From Bacteroidota bacterium (GTDB lineage Bacteria > Bacteroidota > Bacteroidia > UKL13-3), in assembly GCA_034439655.1 (NCBI GenBank), contig JAWXAU010000163.1, positions 1-60,110 on the forward strand: a stretch of DNA of 60,110 nt, read 5' to 3'. Positions 18,329 through 29,045 of this stretch are shown piece after piece. How positions within the stretch are numbered: the first letter of the stretch is position 1; every line of letters starts with the position of its first letter. A program made the translations under genes and the position numbers. The notes under the pieces are model-generated. The model was not told where the DNA came from, did not search any database, and saw only the letters and a list, made by a program, of their open reading frames with translations.

Positions 18329-19753
18329 TCAAAGACCCTTACTATAATATTTTTTCAAAGGCGAAATGAAAGTATCAACATCACCAGCACCCAATGTTAA
18401 CAACACTTCTGGCTTATATTTCTTTATCTCTTTCATTAGGTTTTCTTTAGAGACCAATACTTTGTTTTTATTTTTCATCAAGTCGAAAATGATTTTCGAA
18501 GTCACGCCTTTCATCGGTTTTTCTCGGGCAGGATAAATATCCATGAGTATAATTTCATCCAATAAATCCAAACTTTCCGCAAAGCCTTTTGCAAAATCAC
18601 GCGTACGACTATATAAATGCGGCTGAAAAATACCCGTAATTTTTTTATCCTTATATAACATTTTAGCCGAATTGATAGCTGCTTTCAACTCTTCCGGATG
18701 GTGAGCATAATCATCAATATATACAAAATCCTTTAGCTTAATAATATATTCAAATCTTCTCTTCACGCCTGCAAATGTTTTCAAACCTTTTTTAATTTGC
18801 TTCTCCGTCAATCCCAAATACTTGCACACAGCTATTGCTGCAGTGGCATTCTCCACATTGTGCGAACCAGGCAAACCACATATAATATTATTCCATTTCA
18901 CATCCGCATCCTTATAGGTAAATTTATAATCCCCGTTCACTACTTTTATCTTCTCCGAATTGATATCAGCATCCACATATATGCTGTAAGTGGAATTTGG
19001 CTTTCTAAAATGAGCAATCTGTGGTATCTCTTTTTTAGCAAATAATATCCCATCCTTTTTGGTTTTCTTTGAAAAAGCAATAAAGGTTTTTTCCATCTCT
19101 GCATGATTTCCATATATATCCAAATGGTCGGCGTCTGTTGCTGTAACTATAGATACATCAGGTTTCAAATGCAAAAATGAACGATCGAATTCATCTGCTT
19201 CTACTACTACAAAAGGGTACTCTCCAGTATTGGCTATATAATTTGTTTGATAATTGGTAGAAATTCCGCCCAAAAATGCCAACACATCCACACCTGAACT
19301 TTTCAGAATATGAGCTATCATTGTCGACGTTGTAGTTTTACCATGTGTGCCCGCTACTGCAATCGTATAATAATTCTTGCTAATTAATCCCAACAATTCA
19401 GAGCGTTTTACAATATTATAGTCATTTTCGACCAACCATTTAAACCCTTTGTGTTCCGCAGGTACAGCAGGTGTTCGTACAATTAATATATTATTTTTGC
19501 TGATGCTTAATTTTCGTCCAAAGTAATTTATATACTGTTCTTCTAAAAAACTTAGTTGTTTTTTTAATGTTTTTACTTGATCATCGAAAGCTATTTCAAT
19601 TCCTTCTTTTTGCAATGCCTGCGTTAGGGGTGTTTCTGTTTTATCATAACCTGATACAATAATATTGGTGCCGTTAAAAAAACGTGCAAGTGCACTCATG
19701 CCAATCCCTCCAACGCCCAAAAAGTATATATATTTTATATTCTTTAGATTCAT
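18329..19753 (-). CDS. murC: UDP-N-acetylmuramate--L-alanine ligase
   Basis: GVGGIGMSALA, AGTHGKTTT, VEADEFD, DDYAHHP, FQPHLYSRT. Confidence 0.97.
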   Translation of the reverse strand: MNLKNIKYIYFLGVGGIGMSALARFFNGTNIIVSGYDKTETPLTQALQKEGIEIAFDDQVKTLKKQLSFLEEQYINYFGRKLSISKNNILIVRTPAVPAEHKGFKWLVENDYNIVKRSELLGLISKNYYTIAVAGTHGKTTTSTMIAHILKSSGVDVLAFLGGISTNYQTNYIANTGEYPFVVVEADEFDRSFLHLKPDVSIVTATDADHLDIYGNHAEMEKTFIAFSKKTKKDGILFAKKEIPQIAHFRKPNSTYSIYVDADINSEKIKVVNGDYKFTYKDADVKWNNIICGLPGSHNVENATAAIAVCKYLGLTEKQIKKGLKTFAGVKRRFEYIIKLKDFVYIDDYAHHPEELKAAINSAKMLYKDKKITGIFQPHLYSRTRDFAKGFAESLDLLDEIILMDIYPAREKPMKGVTSKIIFDLMKNKNKVLVSKENLMKEIKKYKPEVLLTLGAGDVDTFISPLKKYYSKGL

Positions 19754-20841
19754 TTCACCAAACTTAAAATTTCAGAAACTATGGTTTTTGCAGCATCGGG
19801 TGTGGCAAAAAATTTAATATGAGTCGCTAGTTTATTTTGTAACACAATGTCATTCATCAATGCGAGGCAACTATCCATTAAGCTGCTTTTAGCATCTATA
19901 TCTTTCACCATCATCGCTGCTTCTTTGTTAACCAAGGCCATTGCATTTTTTGTCTGATGGTCTTCGGACACATTGGGCGAAGGCACCAATACCAAAGGCT
20001 TTCCTACCAAAGCAATTTCTGATATCGAGCTTGCACCCGCACGCGAAACTATAACATCGGCCATAGCATAAGCCAAATCCATTTGATATATAAAATCATA
20101 AATTTTTACATTCTCATTTTCCAAATGCTTCACTTCATCATAATACAATTTACCTGTTTGCCATATAACTTGATATCCTGCGTCAGTAAGTTTATATACG
20201 TCACTTTTTAAAGTTTGATTCAGCGTTCTGGCACCTAGGCTTCCACCTATAAATAAAATCGTTTTCTTAGCCAAACCTAATCCGAAAAATTTGGAAGCTT
20301 CTTGCTTTTTCTGTGCCATATTTTGCAAATCTTGTCGCACAGGATTGCCTGTTTTTACAATCTTTGCCGCTGGAAAATACTTTTCCATTCCGTCATAAGC
20401 CACACATATTTTATTCGCTCTTTTACTCAGCCATTTGTTGGTAAGACCTGCATACGAATTTTGTTCATGAATCAAGGTAGGAATACCTTTTATCCCTGCG
20501 GTATAAAGCAGCGGGCCACTTGCATATCCACCTACTCCAATAGCTATTTGTGGTTTAAATTTGTTTAATATAATATTTGCTATATATATGCTCGACAATA
20601 CTTTAATTGGGAAAGATAAATTACCGAGCGTCAATTTTCTTTGCAAACCACTTATCCATAGTCCCTCAATTTCAAATCCAGCTTTAGGTACTTTCTCCAT
20701 TTCCATTTTGCCTTTAGCTCCCACAAATAATATATTTATACCCGGAATTTGTTTCTCCAATTCCTGTGCAATAGAAACTGCTGGATATATATGTCCTCCA
20801 GTCCCTCCTCCTGATATGATTACTTTCGTTAAGGGTAACAT
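19750..20841 (-). CDS. murG: MurG glycosyltransferase
   Basis: GGGTGGHIYP, HEQN, GGSLGA, SRAGASS, DHQTKNA. Confidence 0.98.
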   Translation of the reverse strand: MLPLTKVIISGGGTGGHIYPAVSIAQELEKQIPGINILFVGAKGKMEMEKVPKAGFEIEGLWISGLQRKLTLGNLSFPIKVLSSIYIANIILNKFKPQIAIGVGGYASGPLLYTAGIKGIPTLIHEQNSYAGLTNKWLSKRANKICVAYDGMEKYFPAAKIVKTGNPVRQDLQNMAQKKQEASKFFGLGLAKKTILFIGGSLGARTLNQTLKSDVYKLTDAGYQVIWQTGKLYYDEVKHLENENVKIYDFIYQMDLAYAMADVIVSRAGASSISEIALVGKPLVLVPSPNVSEDHQTKNAMALVNKEAAMMVKDIDAKSSLMDSCLALMNDIVLQNKLATHIKFFATPDAAKTIVSEILSLVK

Positions 20842-20842
20842 A

Positions 20843-22048
20843 TTATATAGTTTGAGCTTGTAAATTATTATCTACATTATCTGATGGGGACACAGCGGAC
20901 GAAGCTTCTATCTCCTCTTCCTTATGCCCTTCCTCCACCTTTCTACTCACACTTAATATAATACCAAATGCTATAGAATTAAATAAGATACTGGTACCGC
21001 CCATGCTCACCAAAGGCAAAGGCAAACCCGTAACTGGGAAAACATTTACTGCTACTCCCATATTAATAAATGCCTGTATCACCAAGCTAAAAGCCAAGCC
21101 CACTGCCAACAAAGCACCATAAGCCCTGGGACTTTTTATCACAATTCGAATACATCGAAATAGAAATAATAGATATAATAGTACAATTGTCATTCCTCCA
21201 ATTAATCCATATTCTTCTATGATAATAGCAAAAATAAAATCTGAATACGGATGAGGTAAAAAATTTCTTTGTGTACTATTGCCTGGGCCCTTACCTGTGA
21301 TGCCTCCAGTGGCAATTGCAATCTTAGCTTGCTGATTTTGATAGCTACCTCCATTATCTCCATCAATATAGGTTTCAATTCTGTTTTTCCATGTTTCAAA
21401 ACGTCCCTTTGCAGGTGTAAACATAGCTACCGACACCAATAATCCCAATGCCAAAACTCCACTCCCTACTATCATAAATATATATTTTAAAGGCATCCTT
21501 CCTATAAACATCACCAATAATGAAGTAGCGAATAAAACTGCTGCCGTGGAAAGATTTGCAGGTGCTATTAAAGTACATATAACAACTACCCAAGCCAATA
21601 TAGGCATAAATGACTTTTTCAATTCTTTAGGTTCATCTTGTGCTCTCGACAATTGACGAGCGATAAACATAATTAAGGCGACCTTGGCCAAATCGCTTGT
21701 TTGAAAAGTTTGGTTGATCAATGGTAAATTAATCCATCGCTTGGCATCATTCAAATCAACCCCCCAGATTAATGTATATATTAATAAGGGTACCGATACC
21801 ACAACCAAAATTAATGAAATGCGTGAGTAATATCTGTAATCAATTAGGTGACACAGATACATAAAAAACAACCCAAATATTAGAATAGCCAAATGCTTAA
21901 ACATTTTAGCTTCGGTATTGCCATCGTATTGCGTAAAAGCAATACTGCCCGTACTGCTATATACAGCCAATACACCGAATAGAGACAGTATAATGATTAC
22001 AAACCATAATACTAAGTCTCCTTTTGCTTTATTTAGTATGATATCCAC
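20843..22048 (-). CDS. ftsW: SEDS protein FtsW
   Basis: AKRWI, FQTSDLAK, SDFIFAII.EEYG, GLPLPLVSMGGTS. Confidence 0.96.
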   Translation of the reverse strand: MDIILNKAKGDLVLWFVIIILSLFGVLAVYSSTGSIAFTQYDGNTEAKMFKHLAILIFGLFFMYLCHLIDYRYYSRISLILVVVSVPLLIYTLIWGVDLNDAKRWINLPLINQTFQTSDLAKVALIMFIARQLSRAQDEPKELKKSFMPILAWVVVICTLIAPANLSTAAVLFATSLLVMFIGRMPLKYIFMIVGSGVLALGLLVSVAMFTPAKGRFETWKNRIETYIDGDNGGSYQNQQAKIAIATGGITGKGPGNSTQRNFLPHPYSDFIFAIIIEEYGLIGGMTIVLLYLLFLFRCIRIVIKSPRAYGALLAVGLAFSLVIQAFINMGVAVNVFPVTGLPLPLVSMGGTSILFNSIAFGIILSVSRKVEEGHKEEEIEASSAVSPSDNVDNNLQAQTI

Positions 22049-22096
22049 AGGATATTAACAATTTTCAATGTTTATGATAAATTTTGAAATATATAC

Positions 22097-23443
22097 CTAT
22101 AAGTTCCTAACAGCTTTTTTGAACTGGCGTCCCCTGTCTTGATAATCCTCGAATAAATCGAAACTCGCACAAGCTGGACTTAATAATACGATATCTTCCT
22201 TGCTTGCTAATTTGTAGGCAATGTGTACAGCTTCTTGCATGGAAGTAGCATTAACTATCATATCCACTTCTTGGCCGAAAGCTTCGTGAATTTTTCTATT
22301 GTCTAAACCTAGACATACAATAATTTTTACTTTATCTTTCACCAATTGTTTCAATTGGGTATAGTCATTGCCCTTATCAACGCCACCTGCTATCCAAACT
22401 ACTGGACTTTGCATACTTTCTAATGCATACCACACCGCATTTACGGTGGTAGCTTTTGAGTCGTTTACAAACTCAATACCACCAACCTTGCCACAATTTT
22501 CGAGGCGGTGTTCGATGTTAACAAATTGAGACAGGCTCTCCCTAATTACTCCTTTACGGATTTCGAGCACTTCGCCTACTACAGCCGCAGCCATAGAATT
22601 GTAGACATTGTGACGGCCTTTTAATGATAATTCTGATAGATTCATAATAGTTATTTGGTTGTTTAAAGGGTTGATTTCTACTGTTAATTGATTCTCGTTA
22701 TTATATGCTCCCGGTATACATTTATCGAAAAATGAAAAAGGTAATAACTTTGCTTTTGTTTGGTGCTTTTCTAAATTATCTAACGTAAGTTTATTGTCTG
22801 CACAATATATAAAATAGTCTGCTAGGGTTTGGTTTCGTACAATCCTAAACTTGCTGGATATATAATTATCCAACTCATAATTATATCTATCCAAATGGTC
22901 GGGTGATATATTAGTAAGGACGGCTATATTTGCCCTAAAATCATACATACCATCCAATTGAAAACTACTTATTTCTAAAACATAATAGTCGAAATTTTCA
23001 AGTGCTACCTGACGGGCAAAACTTTTTCCGATATTGCCTCCCAACCCCACATTCATGTCTGCTCTTTTCATGATGTCATATATCATAGAAGCGGTAGTGG
23101 TTTTGCCATCGGTGCCTGTAATACATATAGTATATGCATTTGTATACTTTCCTGCAAATTCTATTTCAGATATGACAGCTATTTCAAGGGCTTTTAATTT
23201 TTTGATAATCTCGGCCTTCTCAGGGATTCCAGGGCTTTTTATAACCAAATCTGCATTTAAGATTAACGCTTCTGTATGCATGCTTTGCTCGAATGCGATA
23301 TGATAGTGATTAAGTTCATCAATATAGTTTTCTTTTATCGCTCCACTATCACTTACAAAAACATCATAGTCTTTTTGTACACCCAAAATGGCTGCTCCAG
23401 TTCCGCTTTCGCCGGCTCCCAATATGACTAATCTTTTTTTCAA
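22097..23443 (-). CDS. murD: MurD ligase
   Basis: LGAGESG, ITGTDGKTTT, EISSFQL, NDSKAT, LSPACASFD. Start placed at TTG 23443, just after the mraY stop. Confidence 0.95.
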   Translation of the reverse strand: MKKRLVILGAGESGTGAAILGVQKDYDVFVSDSGAIKENYIDELNHYHIAFEQSMHTEALILNADLVIKSPGIPEKAEIIKKLKALEIAVISEIEFAGKYTNAYTICITGTDGKTTTASMIYDIMKRADMNVGLGGNIGKSFARQVALENFDYYVLEISSFQLDGMYDFRANIAVLTNISPDHLDRYNYELDNYISSKFRIVRNQTLADYFIYCADNKLTLDNLEKHQTKAKLLPFSFFDKCIPGAYNNENQLTVEINPLNNQITIMNLSELSLKGRHNVYNSMAAAVVGEVLEIRKGVIRESLSQFVNIEHRLENCGKVGGIEFVNDSKATTVNAVWYALESMQSPVVWIAGGVDKGNDYTQLKQLVKDKVKIIVCLGLDNRKIHEAFGQEVDMIVNATSMQEAVHIAYKLASKEDIVLLSPACASFDLFEDYQDRGRQFKKAVRNL

Positions 23444-23451
23444 GTTATATA

Positions 23452-24690
23452 TTATCTTACTTTTAAGGTGAGTATGGTTATTAGTGCTAACATGATTCCC
23501 ACTACCCAAAAGCGGGCAACTATTTTGCTTTCATGATAACCTTTCTTTTGAAAATGGTGGTGCAGCGGCGACATCAGAAATATTCTTTTCCCTTCTCCAA
23601 ATTTTCGTTTGGTATATTTAAAATATGTGACCTGTATCACCACCGATAAATTTTCGGCAAGGAAAACACCACATAATATTGGAATCAATAATTCCTTTCT
23701 AATAATAATAGCAAAAGCTGCGATGATACCTCCTAATGCCAAACTTCCGGTATCTCCCATGAATACTTGTGCAGGGTATGTATTATACCATAAGAATCCA
23801 ACACAAGCTCCTACAAATGCTCCCGCAAAAATGGTAAGCTCCCCCAAATGGGATATATACATGATATTTAAATATTTTGAGAAGACTATATTCCCCGTGA
23901 GGTAAGCTATCAAAGCCAAGGTTATGCCCATAATACCTGATGTGCCAGCTGCAAGTCCATCTATACCGTCGGTAATATTTGCCCCATTGGATACTGCTGT
24001 TATAATAAATATAACCACCAACACAAAAACTAAACCTGCCCAGTTACTTCCAAAAATATCGCCATAATCTAATTCATGATTTTTAAAAAATGGTATAGTT
24101 GTTACTGTTGATCTATGTTCTTTTGCATATAATGTTTTCCCGTCTACAGTTTCTTCCGTTTTATGATATCCTTCTCCAGCATGCTGCGACACTTCGGTTT
24201 CCGGTATAAAATCTTTTACCATTACCGATGGATGCAAATACAAGGTTAATCCTACTACCAATCCGCACACTACTTGTCCTATAATTTTGAATTTTCCTGC
24301 TAATCCTTTTTTATCTTTTTTGAATACTTTTATATAATCATCTATAAAACCAATTAATCCCAGCCATACAGTTACAAATAACATCAGTATGATATATACA
24401 TTCCATATTCTTGCAAAAAGCAAAGTCGGAATTACAATAGCGGCTATAATAATTAATCCGCCCATTGTAGGAGTTCCTTGCTTGGCTTCTTCACCTTGTA
24501 AACCAAGCTTACGCACGGTTTCTGATACTTGCAATTTGTGAAGCATTTTAATAAGTCTGCCTCCAAAAACCAATGAAATAAGTAAGGACACTATAATAGC
24601 CGCCCCAGTTCTTACCGAGATAAACTGATACAATCCCGAGCCTGAGAAATGATAATGTTTGTTTAGATATTCAAATAAATAATATAGCAT
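23452..24690 (-). CDS. mraY: Phospho-MurNAc-pentapeptide transferase
   Basis: [36 protein letters not shown]. Confidence 0.98.
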   Translation of the reverse strand: MLYYLFEYLNKHYHFSGSGLYQFISVRTGAAIIVSLLISLVFGGRLIKMLHKLQVSETVRKLGLQGEEAKQGTPTMGGLIIIAAIVIPTLLFARIWNVYIILMLFVTVWLGLIGFIDDYIKVFKKDKKGLAGKFKIIGQVVCGLVVGLTLYLHPSVMVKDFIPETEVSQHAGEGYHKTEETVDGKTLYAKEHRSTVTTIPFFKNHELDYGDIFGSNWAGLVFVLVVIFIITAVSNGANITDGIDGLAAGTSGIMGITLALIAYLTGNIVFSKYLNIMYISHLGELTIFAGAFVGACVGFLWYNTYPAQVFMGDTGSLALGGIIAAFAIIIRKELLIPILCGVFLAENLSVVIQVTYFKYTKRKFGEGKRIFLMSPLHHHFQKKGYHESKIVARFWVVGIMLALITILTLKVR

Positions 24691-24691
24691 G

Positions 24692-26176
24692 CTACTTTTC
24701 TAGTTTTTCTATAAGTTCTATTATAATTTTTTTATCGTCAAATTCATGTTTTACACCTGCTATCTCTTGATATGTCTCATGCCCCTTGCCTGCAAGAAGT
24801 ATAATATCCATAGGGTTTGCCATACTCACTGCTGTTTTGATGGCTTCTCTCCTATCTACAATACGAAGCGTTTTCTTATAATGTAATGCGGACACCCCTA
24901 CTTGCATTTGGTCAATAATTGTTTCTGGATTTTCATCTCTTGGATTATCCGAAGTAAATATTACTTTATCGCTCATCTCTGCTGCAACCTTGGCCATCAT
25001 TGGTCTTTTGCCTGCATCCCTATTTCCACCACAACCGATAATTGTATATAATGTTTCGTTACGGCTACGAATATCATTAATGGTTTGCAATACATTCTGT
25101 AGTGCATCGGGTGTATGGGCATAATCAATAATGGCCATGAGCTTTTTGGGCGACATGAAATAGTCAAACCTTCCAGTTACGCTGCCCAAATTGCTTAATG
25201 CTGTTATAATCTCTTCTTTGCTTTTTCCCAATAAAAATGCAACAGCATATACAGTTAATATATTATATGCATTAAACCTTCCAACAAGTCTATACCAAGC
25301 CTCTTCCCCGTCAATGTTTAATAATAAACCATTAAAATCACATTCAATAATTTTCGCTTTGAAATCGGCAGGGGCATTTAAGGCAAATGAATATTTTGCC
25401 GCCTTTGTATTTTGCACCATAATTGATCCATTACGATCATCTTTGTTATATAATGCAAATGCATCAATATCCAAATTATCAAATAATTTTTTCTTGGCTT
25501 TTATATAATTGTCAAATGTATGATGGTAGTCAAGATGGTCTTGGGTAATATTGGTAAAAGCTGCTCCAGTTATTGTCAATCCCGCAATCCTATTTTGCTC
25601 AATTGAATGGCTACTAGCTTCCATAAATACATATTCACAACCTGCGTCAACCATATCGGCCAACAATTTGTTTAAGGATATAGCATCGGGTGTTGTATGT
25701 GTAGCTGGAATTATTTGCTCGTTAATCTGATTTTGAACAGTTGATAAAAGGCCACAGGAATGACCCAGTTTAGTAAATAAATTAAACAATAAAGTGGCAC
25801 AGGTCGTTTTGCCATTGGTACCTGTAATAGCAACAAGTTTTAATTTCTCTGAAGGATTATTATAGAAGTTGGATGAAATTTGTCCGAGTGCTTCTGAAGT
25901 ATTATTAACTTGAATATATACAATACCCTCATTTATTACTTGAGGTATTTGCTCTACAACTATAATAACACATCCTTGCTCAATTACTTTAGGAATATAA
26001 TTGTGTCCATCTGTTTGAGTTCCTTTCACTGCAACAAACATCATATCTTTCAATGCTTTTCTACTATCAGAAACAATAGCAGAAACGGGCAAAGAAGTAT
26101 CTCCTACCACTTCGACAATATTTACATTCGATATGACCTCTTTTATAGTTTTCACTGATTTATTATATAAGTTCAA
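24692..26176 (-). CDS. murE: MurE ligase (meso-DAP adding)
   Basis: [26 protein letters not shown] specificity motif, GKGHETYQ. Confidence 0.97.
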   Translation of the reverse strand: MNLYNKSVKTIKEVISNVNIVEVVGDTSLPVSAIVSDSRKALKDMMFVAVKGTQTDGHNYIPKVIEQGCVIIVVEQIPQVINEGIVYIQVNNTSEALGQISSNFYNNPSEKLKLVAITGTNGKTTCATLLFNLFTKLGHSCGLLSTVQNQINEQIIPATHTTPDAISLNKLLADMVDAGCEYVFMEASSHSIEQNRIAGLTITGAAFTNITQDHLDYHHTFDNYIKAKKKLFDNLDIDAFALYNKDDRNGSIMVQNTKAAKYSFALNAPADFKAKIIECDFNGLLLNIDGEEAWYRLVGRFNAYNILTVYAVAFLLGKSKEEIITALSNLGSVTGRFDYFMSPKKLMAIIDYAHTPDALQNVLQTINDIRSRNETLYTIIGCGGNRDAGKRPMMAKVAAEMSDKVIFTSDNPRDENPETIIDQMQVGVSALHYKKTLRIVDRREAIKTAVSMANPMDIILLAGKGHETYQEIAGVKHEFDDKKIIIELIEKLEK

Positions 26177-28250
26177 TTACTACCGTGTTCCCCTTATATA
26201 TTCTAGTTCCTTTTTCGAGGCTTTGAAATTTCACTTTCCCTTTTTTGCCTACATACTGCACTTTCAAGCCTCTGTTTTCTAGCAAGTACAAGGCATCACG
26301 CAGTCCCATTCCCATTACATCAGGCATTTGATTATTGGGTGACACTTGCGTTTCTGTTATATTTATTTTAGTAGAATTGGTAGTGGCATTAGACCATTCT
26401 TGGGTACTGTATACTTTGGCTTTATTTTGGGTTACCTGATAAAAATCGCTGGTATAACCTGCGGTCTTAGTTATATAATTTATTTTATTCGTATCATGTA
26501 TATTTTCTGGCTCACGGTTCACTGAAGCAGCATATACTTTATCAGCAATTTCTTTAAATACTGGGCCTGCAACCAATGCTCCATAATATACACCATTGCT
26601 GGGTTTGAAAATCATGACCATGCAAGTATATTGAGGTTTGTCAGCAGGAAAAAAACCACAAAAACTGGATTTATATTTTTCTACATATTTGCCGCCCTCA
26701 ACTATCTGTGCTGTCCCAGTTTTACCTCCTATTGGATATATTTTCGACCGAATACTGGTAGCGGTACCGTGCTCCACAACTCCAGTGAGCATAGGCATTA
26801 CTCTCTGCAATGTTTTATCAGAGACTATTTTTTCTGATAATACTTCTGTATTATATTCTTTAATTAATTTACCAGTTTGCTCCACCCTTTTCACAAACAT
26901 GGGCTTTACCATTCTACCGTTGTTTGCTACTGCATTATATAAAGTTAAAATCTGCATAGGGGTCACCATGATGGCATACCCAATCGACATCCAAGGCAAG
27001 GTAGTTGAACTCCATTGTCTATCTTGTGGAGTAACTACTTTATATACTCTTTCATCGGGAAAACCAAGTTTCAAACTTTGACCAAACTTAAAATCATTGA
27101 CAAGTCTGTTCACAAATCTGCTTGGATTATTACTATAATACTTCCACACAAATTTGCTAATCCCCACATTGGATGAAAGTTCGAAAGCCTTCTGCAAGGT
27201 GAGCATTCCTTTGCCGCCATGCTCACTGTCACGCATCGTCCTGTCTCCATATGTTGTGGTACCATCTTCAGAAGAAACAGTTTCATTTTCATTTGCATAA
27301 CCATCCTCCAACAAAGCGAGTACTGAAGCTAATTTAAACGTACTTCCCGGTTCCGTAGCTTCGCTTATACTATAATTATCGGCCTCAATTACTTCATCAT
27401 TATCATTTCTTTTTAGGTTTGCAATTGCTTTTATTGCACCTGTATTAGTTTCCATTAATACCACACATCCGTAACTTGCTTTTTCTTTTATCAAAGCATT
27501 TTTTAAAGAATTCTCTGCAATGTCTTGTATACTCATATCAATGGTAGTATATATATCATATCCATTGTGTGGCTCTACATCATTATCATCGCTAATAGGT
27601 ATCCAATTTCCACCAACAATTTTTTGCATTAATCTCTTCCCTTCCCTGCCTTTTAATTCCTCATTATATGCAGCTTCCAAACCTATCCCTCTCTCGTTTT
27701 CTTTCTTTTGCCCAATGGTACGTATGGCTAACATCCCAAAAGGATTTTCACGTATGTCTTGTTCTTCAATCAGAATTCCGCCCTTGTTACGACCTAATCT
27801 GAATATGGGAAAATGCTTTACTTTTTTCAACTGGTCATAACTGATTTTTTTTAGCAATGGCACATATCTATCTGAACCTTTGCGTGCTTTATTTAATACA
27901 ACAAGATAATCTTTTCTGCTCTTTTCAGGATTTATATTCGCCAACATTAAAGCCAAGGAGTCAATGTTTTTTTTCCATATATCTTCGCTAAGTCCGCTGG
28001 CATGAGGATCCAACACTACATTATATATAGGAACAGAAGTGGCCATCAAACTACCATCGGCTGCATATATATTACCACGCATCGCAGAAATTGTGCGTAA
28101 TTCGGTAGTTTGCTCAGTTTGCATAGCCACCCACTTTCCACCTTCTACAAACTGAATTTTATAGGTATAATATAATATAACCGCTGCAAACGAAGCCATA
28201 AAAATAAAGCTTAGATAAACTCGGAGTAATATGATTTGCTTGTTAGTCAA
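26163..28250 (-). CDS. ftsI: Penicillin-binding protein FtsI with PASTA domain
   Basis: SxxK (STFK), SxN (SSN), KTG triad; terminal MPDVMGMGLRDA PASTA. Confidence 0.95.
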   Translation of the reverse strand: MTNKQIILLRVYLSFIFMASFAAVILYYTYKIQFVEGGKWVAMQTEQTTELRTISAMRGNIYAADGSLMATSVPIYNVVLDPHASGLSEDIWKKNIDSLALMLANINPEKSRKDYLVVLNKARKGSDRYVPLLKKISYDQLKKVKHFPIFRLGRNKGGILIEEQDIRENPFGMLAIRTIGQKKENERGIGLEAAYNEELKGREGKRLMQKIVGGNWIPISDDNDVEPHNGYDIYTTIDMSIQDIAENSLKNALIKEKASYGCVVLMETNTGAIKAIANLKRNDNDEVIEADNYSISEATEPGSTFKLASVLALLEDGYANENETVSSEDGTTTYGDRTMRDSEHGGKGMLTLQKAFELSSNVGISKFVWKYYSNNPSRFVNRLVNDFKFGQSLKLGFPDERVYKVVTPQDRQWSSTTLPWMSIGYAIMVTPMQILTLYNAVANNGRMVKPMFVKRVEQTGKLIKEYNTEVLSEKIVSDKTLQRVMPMLTGVVEHGTATSIRSKIYPIGGKTGTAQIVEGGKYVEKYKSSFCGFFPADKPQYTCMVMIFKPSNGVYYGALVAGPVFKEIADKVYAASVNREPENIHDTNKINYITKTAGYTSDFYQVTQNKAKVYSTQEWSNATTNSTKINITETQVSPNNQMPDVMGMGLRDALYLLENRGLKVQYVGKKGKVKFQSLEKGTRIYKGNTVVIELI

Positions 28251-28256
28251 TTGAAA

Positions 28257-28277
28257 AATTATGAGTGATGAATTATG
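28257..28277. repeat. Heptamer tract on the 3' side of the four-helix-bundle gene
   Basis: AATTATG AGTGATG AATTATG; inverted relative to the 28656-28676 tract. Confidence 0.75.
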
Positions 28278-28325
28278 AATATATAGATATTATTTTTTCA
28301 AGTTGTTCTTAGTAGTTAAAATGGA

Positions 28326-28658
28326 TCAGCGAATAATTTTCAAAAGCTCGCCCGCAGTGTTATTGCTTGTTTCATAGGGGGTGTTGTTTATAAAGTCTGT
28401 GGCTAGAATTAAATCCAACCAATAAATGGTTTCATCGCATTCCTTCTGAGCAATAGCCAACTTATGAATAAAATCTAATTTAGATTCTGCATTCTGAGCT
28501 TTTCTTACCAAGGCTCCAATAGCGGTGCCGCTTCTGAGTAATTGCCTACTCATCACAAACTCCTTCTTTTCAGTCGTTATGTACTTATATAATTTCACAA
28601 TCTCAATCGCAAATTCAAATGATTTTACTAGTAATATATTTTTCTTAATTTTTTCCAT
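28326..28658 (-). CDS. Four-helix-bundle protein (23S rRNA intervening-sequence protein / TIGR02436-like), apparently truncated by an in-frame TGA
   Basis: KSFEFAIEIVKLY, QLLRSGTAIGA, AESKLDFIHKLAIAQKECDETIYWL. The frame continues past TGA as SILTTKNNLKK to TAA at 28290. Confidence 0.88.
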   Translation of the reverse strand: MEKIKKNILLVKSFEFAIEIVKLYKYITTEKKEFVMSRQLLRSGTAIGALVRKAQNAESKLDFIHKLAIAQKECDETIYWLDLILATDFINNTPYETSNNTAGELLKIIR

Positions 28659-28690
28659 TCATCATTTATAATTTATCCCGCTGCGGCGGG
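28656..28690. repeat. Heptamer tract plus CCCGCTGCGGCGGG palindrome on the 5' side of the four-helix-bundle gene
   Basis: CATTCAT CATTTAT AATTTAT, then the 14-bp palindrome at 28677-28690. Confidence 0.8.
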
Positions 28691-28695
28691 CATCA

Positions 28696-29037
28696 TTATC
28701 TTATTATTTTCACTGGTGGTTCACTCAAGGGTTTTAACTCTGTATCCTTCAATCTGTTCAGCACTTCCGATTGTTTGCTTTTGCTCATTAATTCTTTAGC
28801 TATACTTATATACTCACTTCTTAGTTCTTTTTTTTCTGTAGTTAATCGGGCTATCTTCACTACTGCTTTATTGGCATAATGTTGATTGGCTATATATATC
28901 ATACCCAACAAAAACATATAGGAAATAAATGGCATCCACTTTTTTATATGTTCGGGAGTGATAAAAAAACTAAACTCCGAAAATTTAACCAATGGGCTTT
29001 TCCCGCTTTTCTCCTTATCTGTATTTGGTTGCTCCAT
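28696..29037 (-). CDS. ftsL: FtsL-like cell division protein
   Basis: One TM helix, YIANQH, coiled coil ELRSEYI..ELM..SKQSEV; position after rsmH. Confidence 0.85.
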   Translation of the reverse strand: MEQPNTDKEKSGKSPLVKFSEFSFFITPEHIKKWMPFISYMFLLGMIYIANQHYANKAVVKIARLTTEKKELRSEYISIAKELMSKSKQSEVLNRLKDTELKPLSEPPVKIIR

Positions 29038-29045
29038 TTATTATA

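Noticed and set aside
24090-24240. Long extra loop in MraY
   Set aside because: A periplasmic insertion at this site is typical of Bacteroidota MraY.
28326-28328. TGA as selenocysteine
   Set aside because: The aligned position appears to be Ser/Ala rather than Cys, and there is no obvious SECIS hairpin; a nonsense mutation is simpler.
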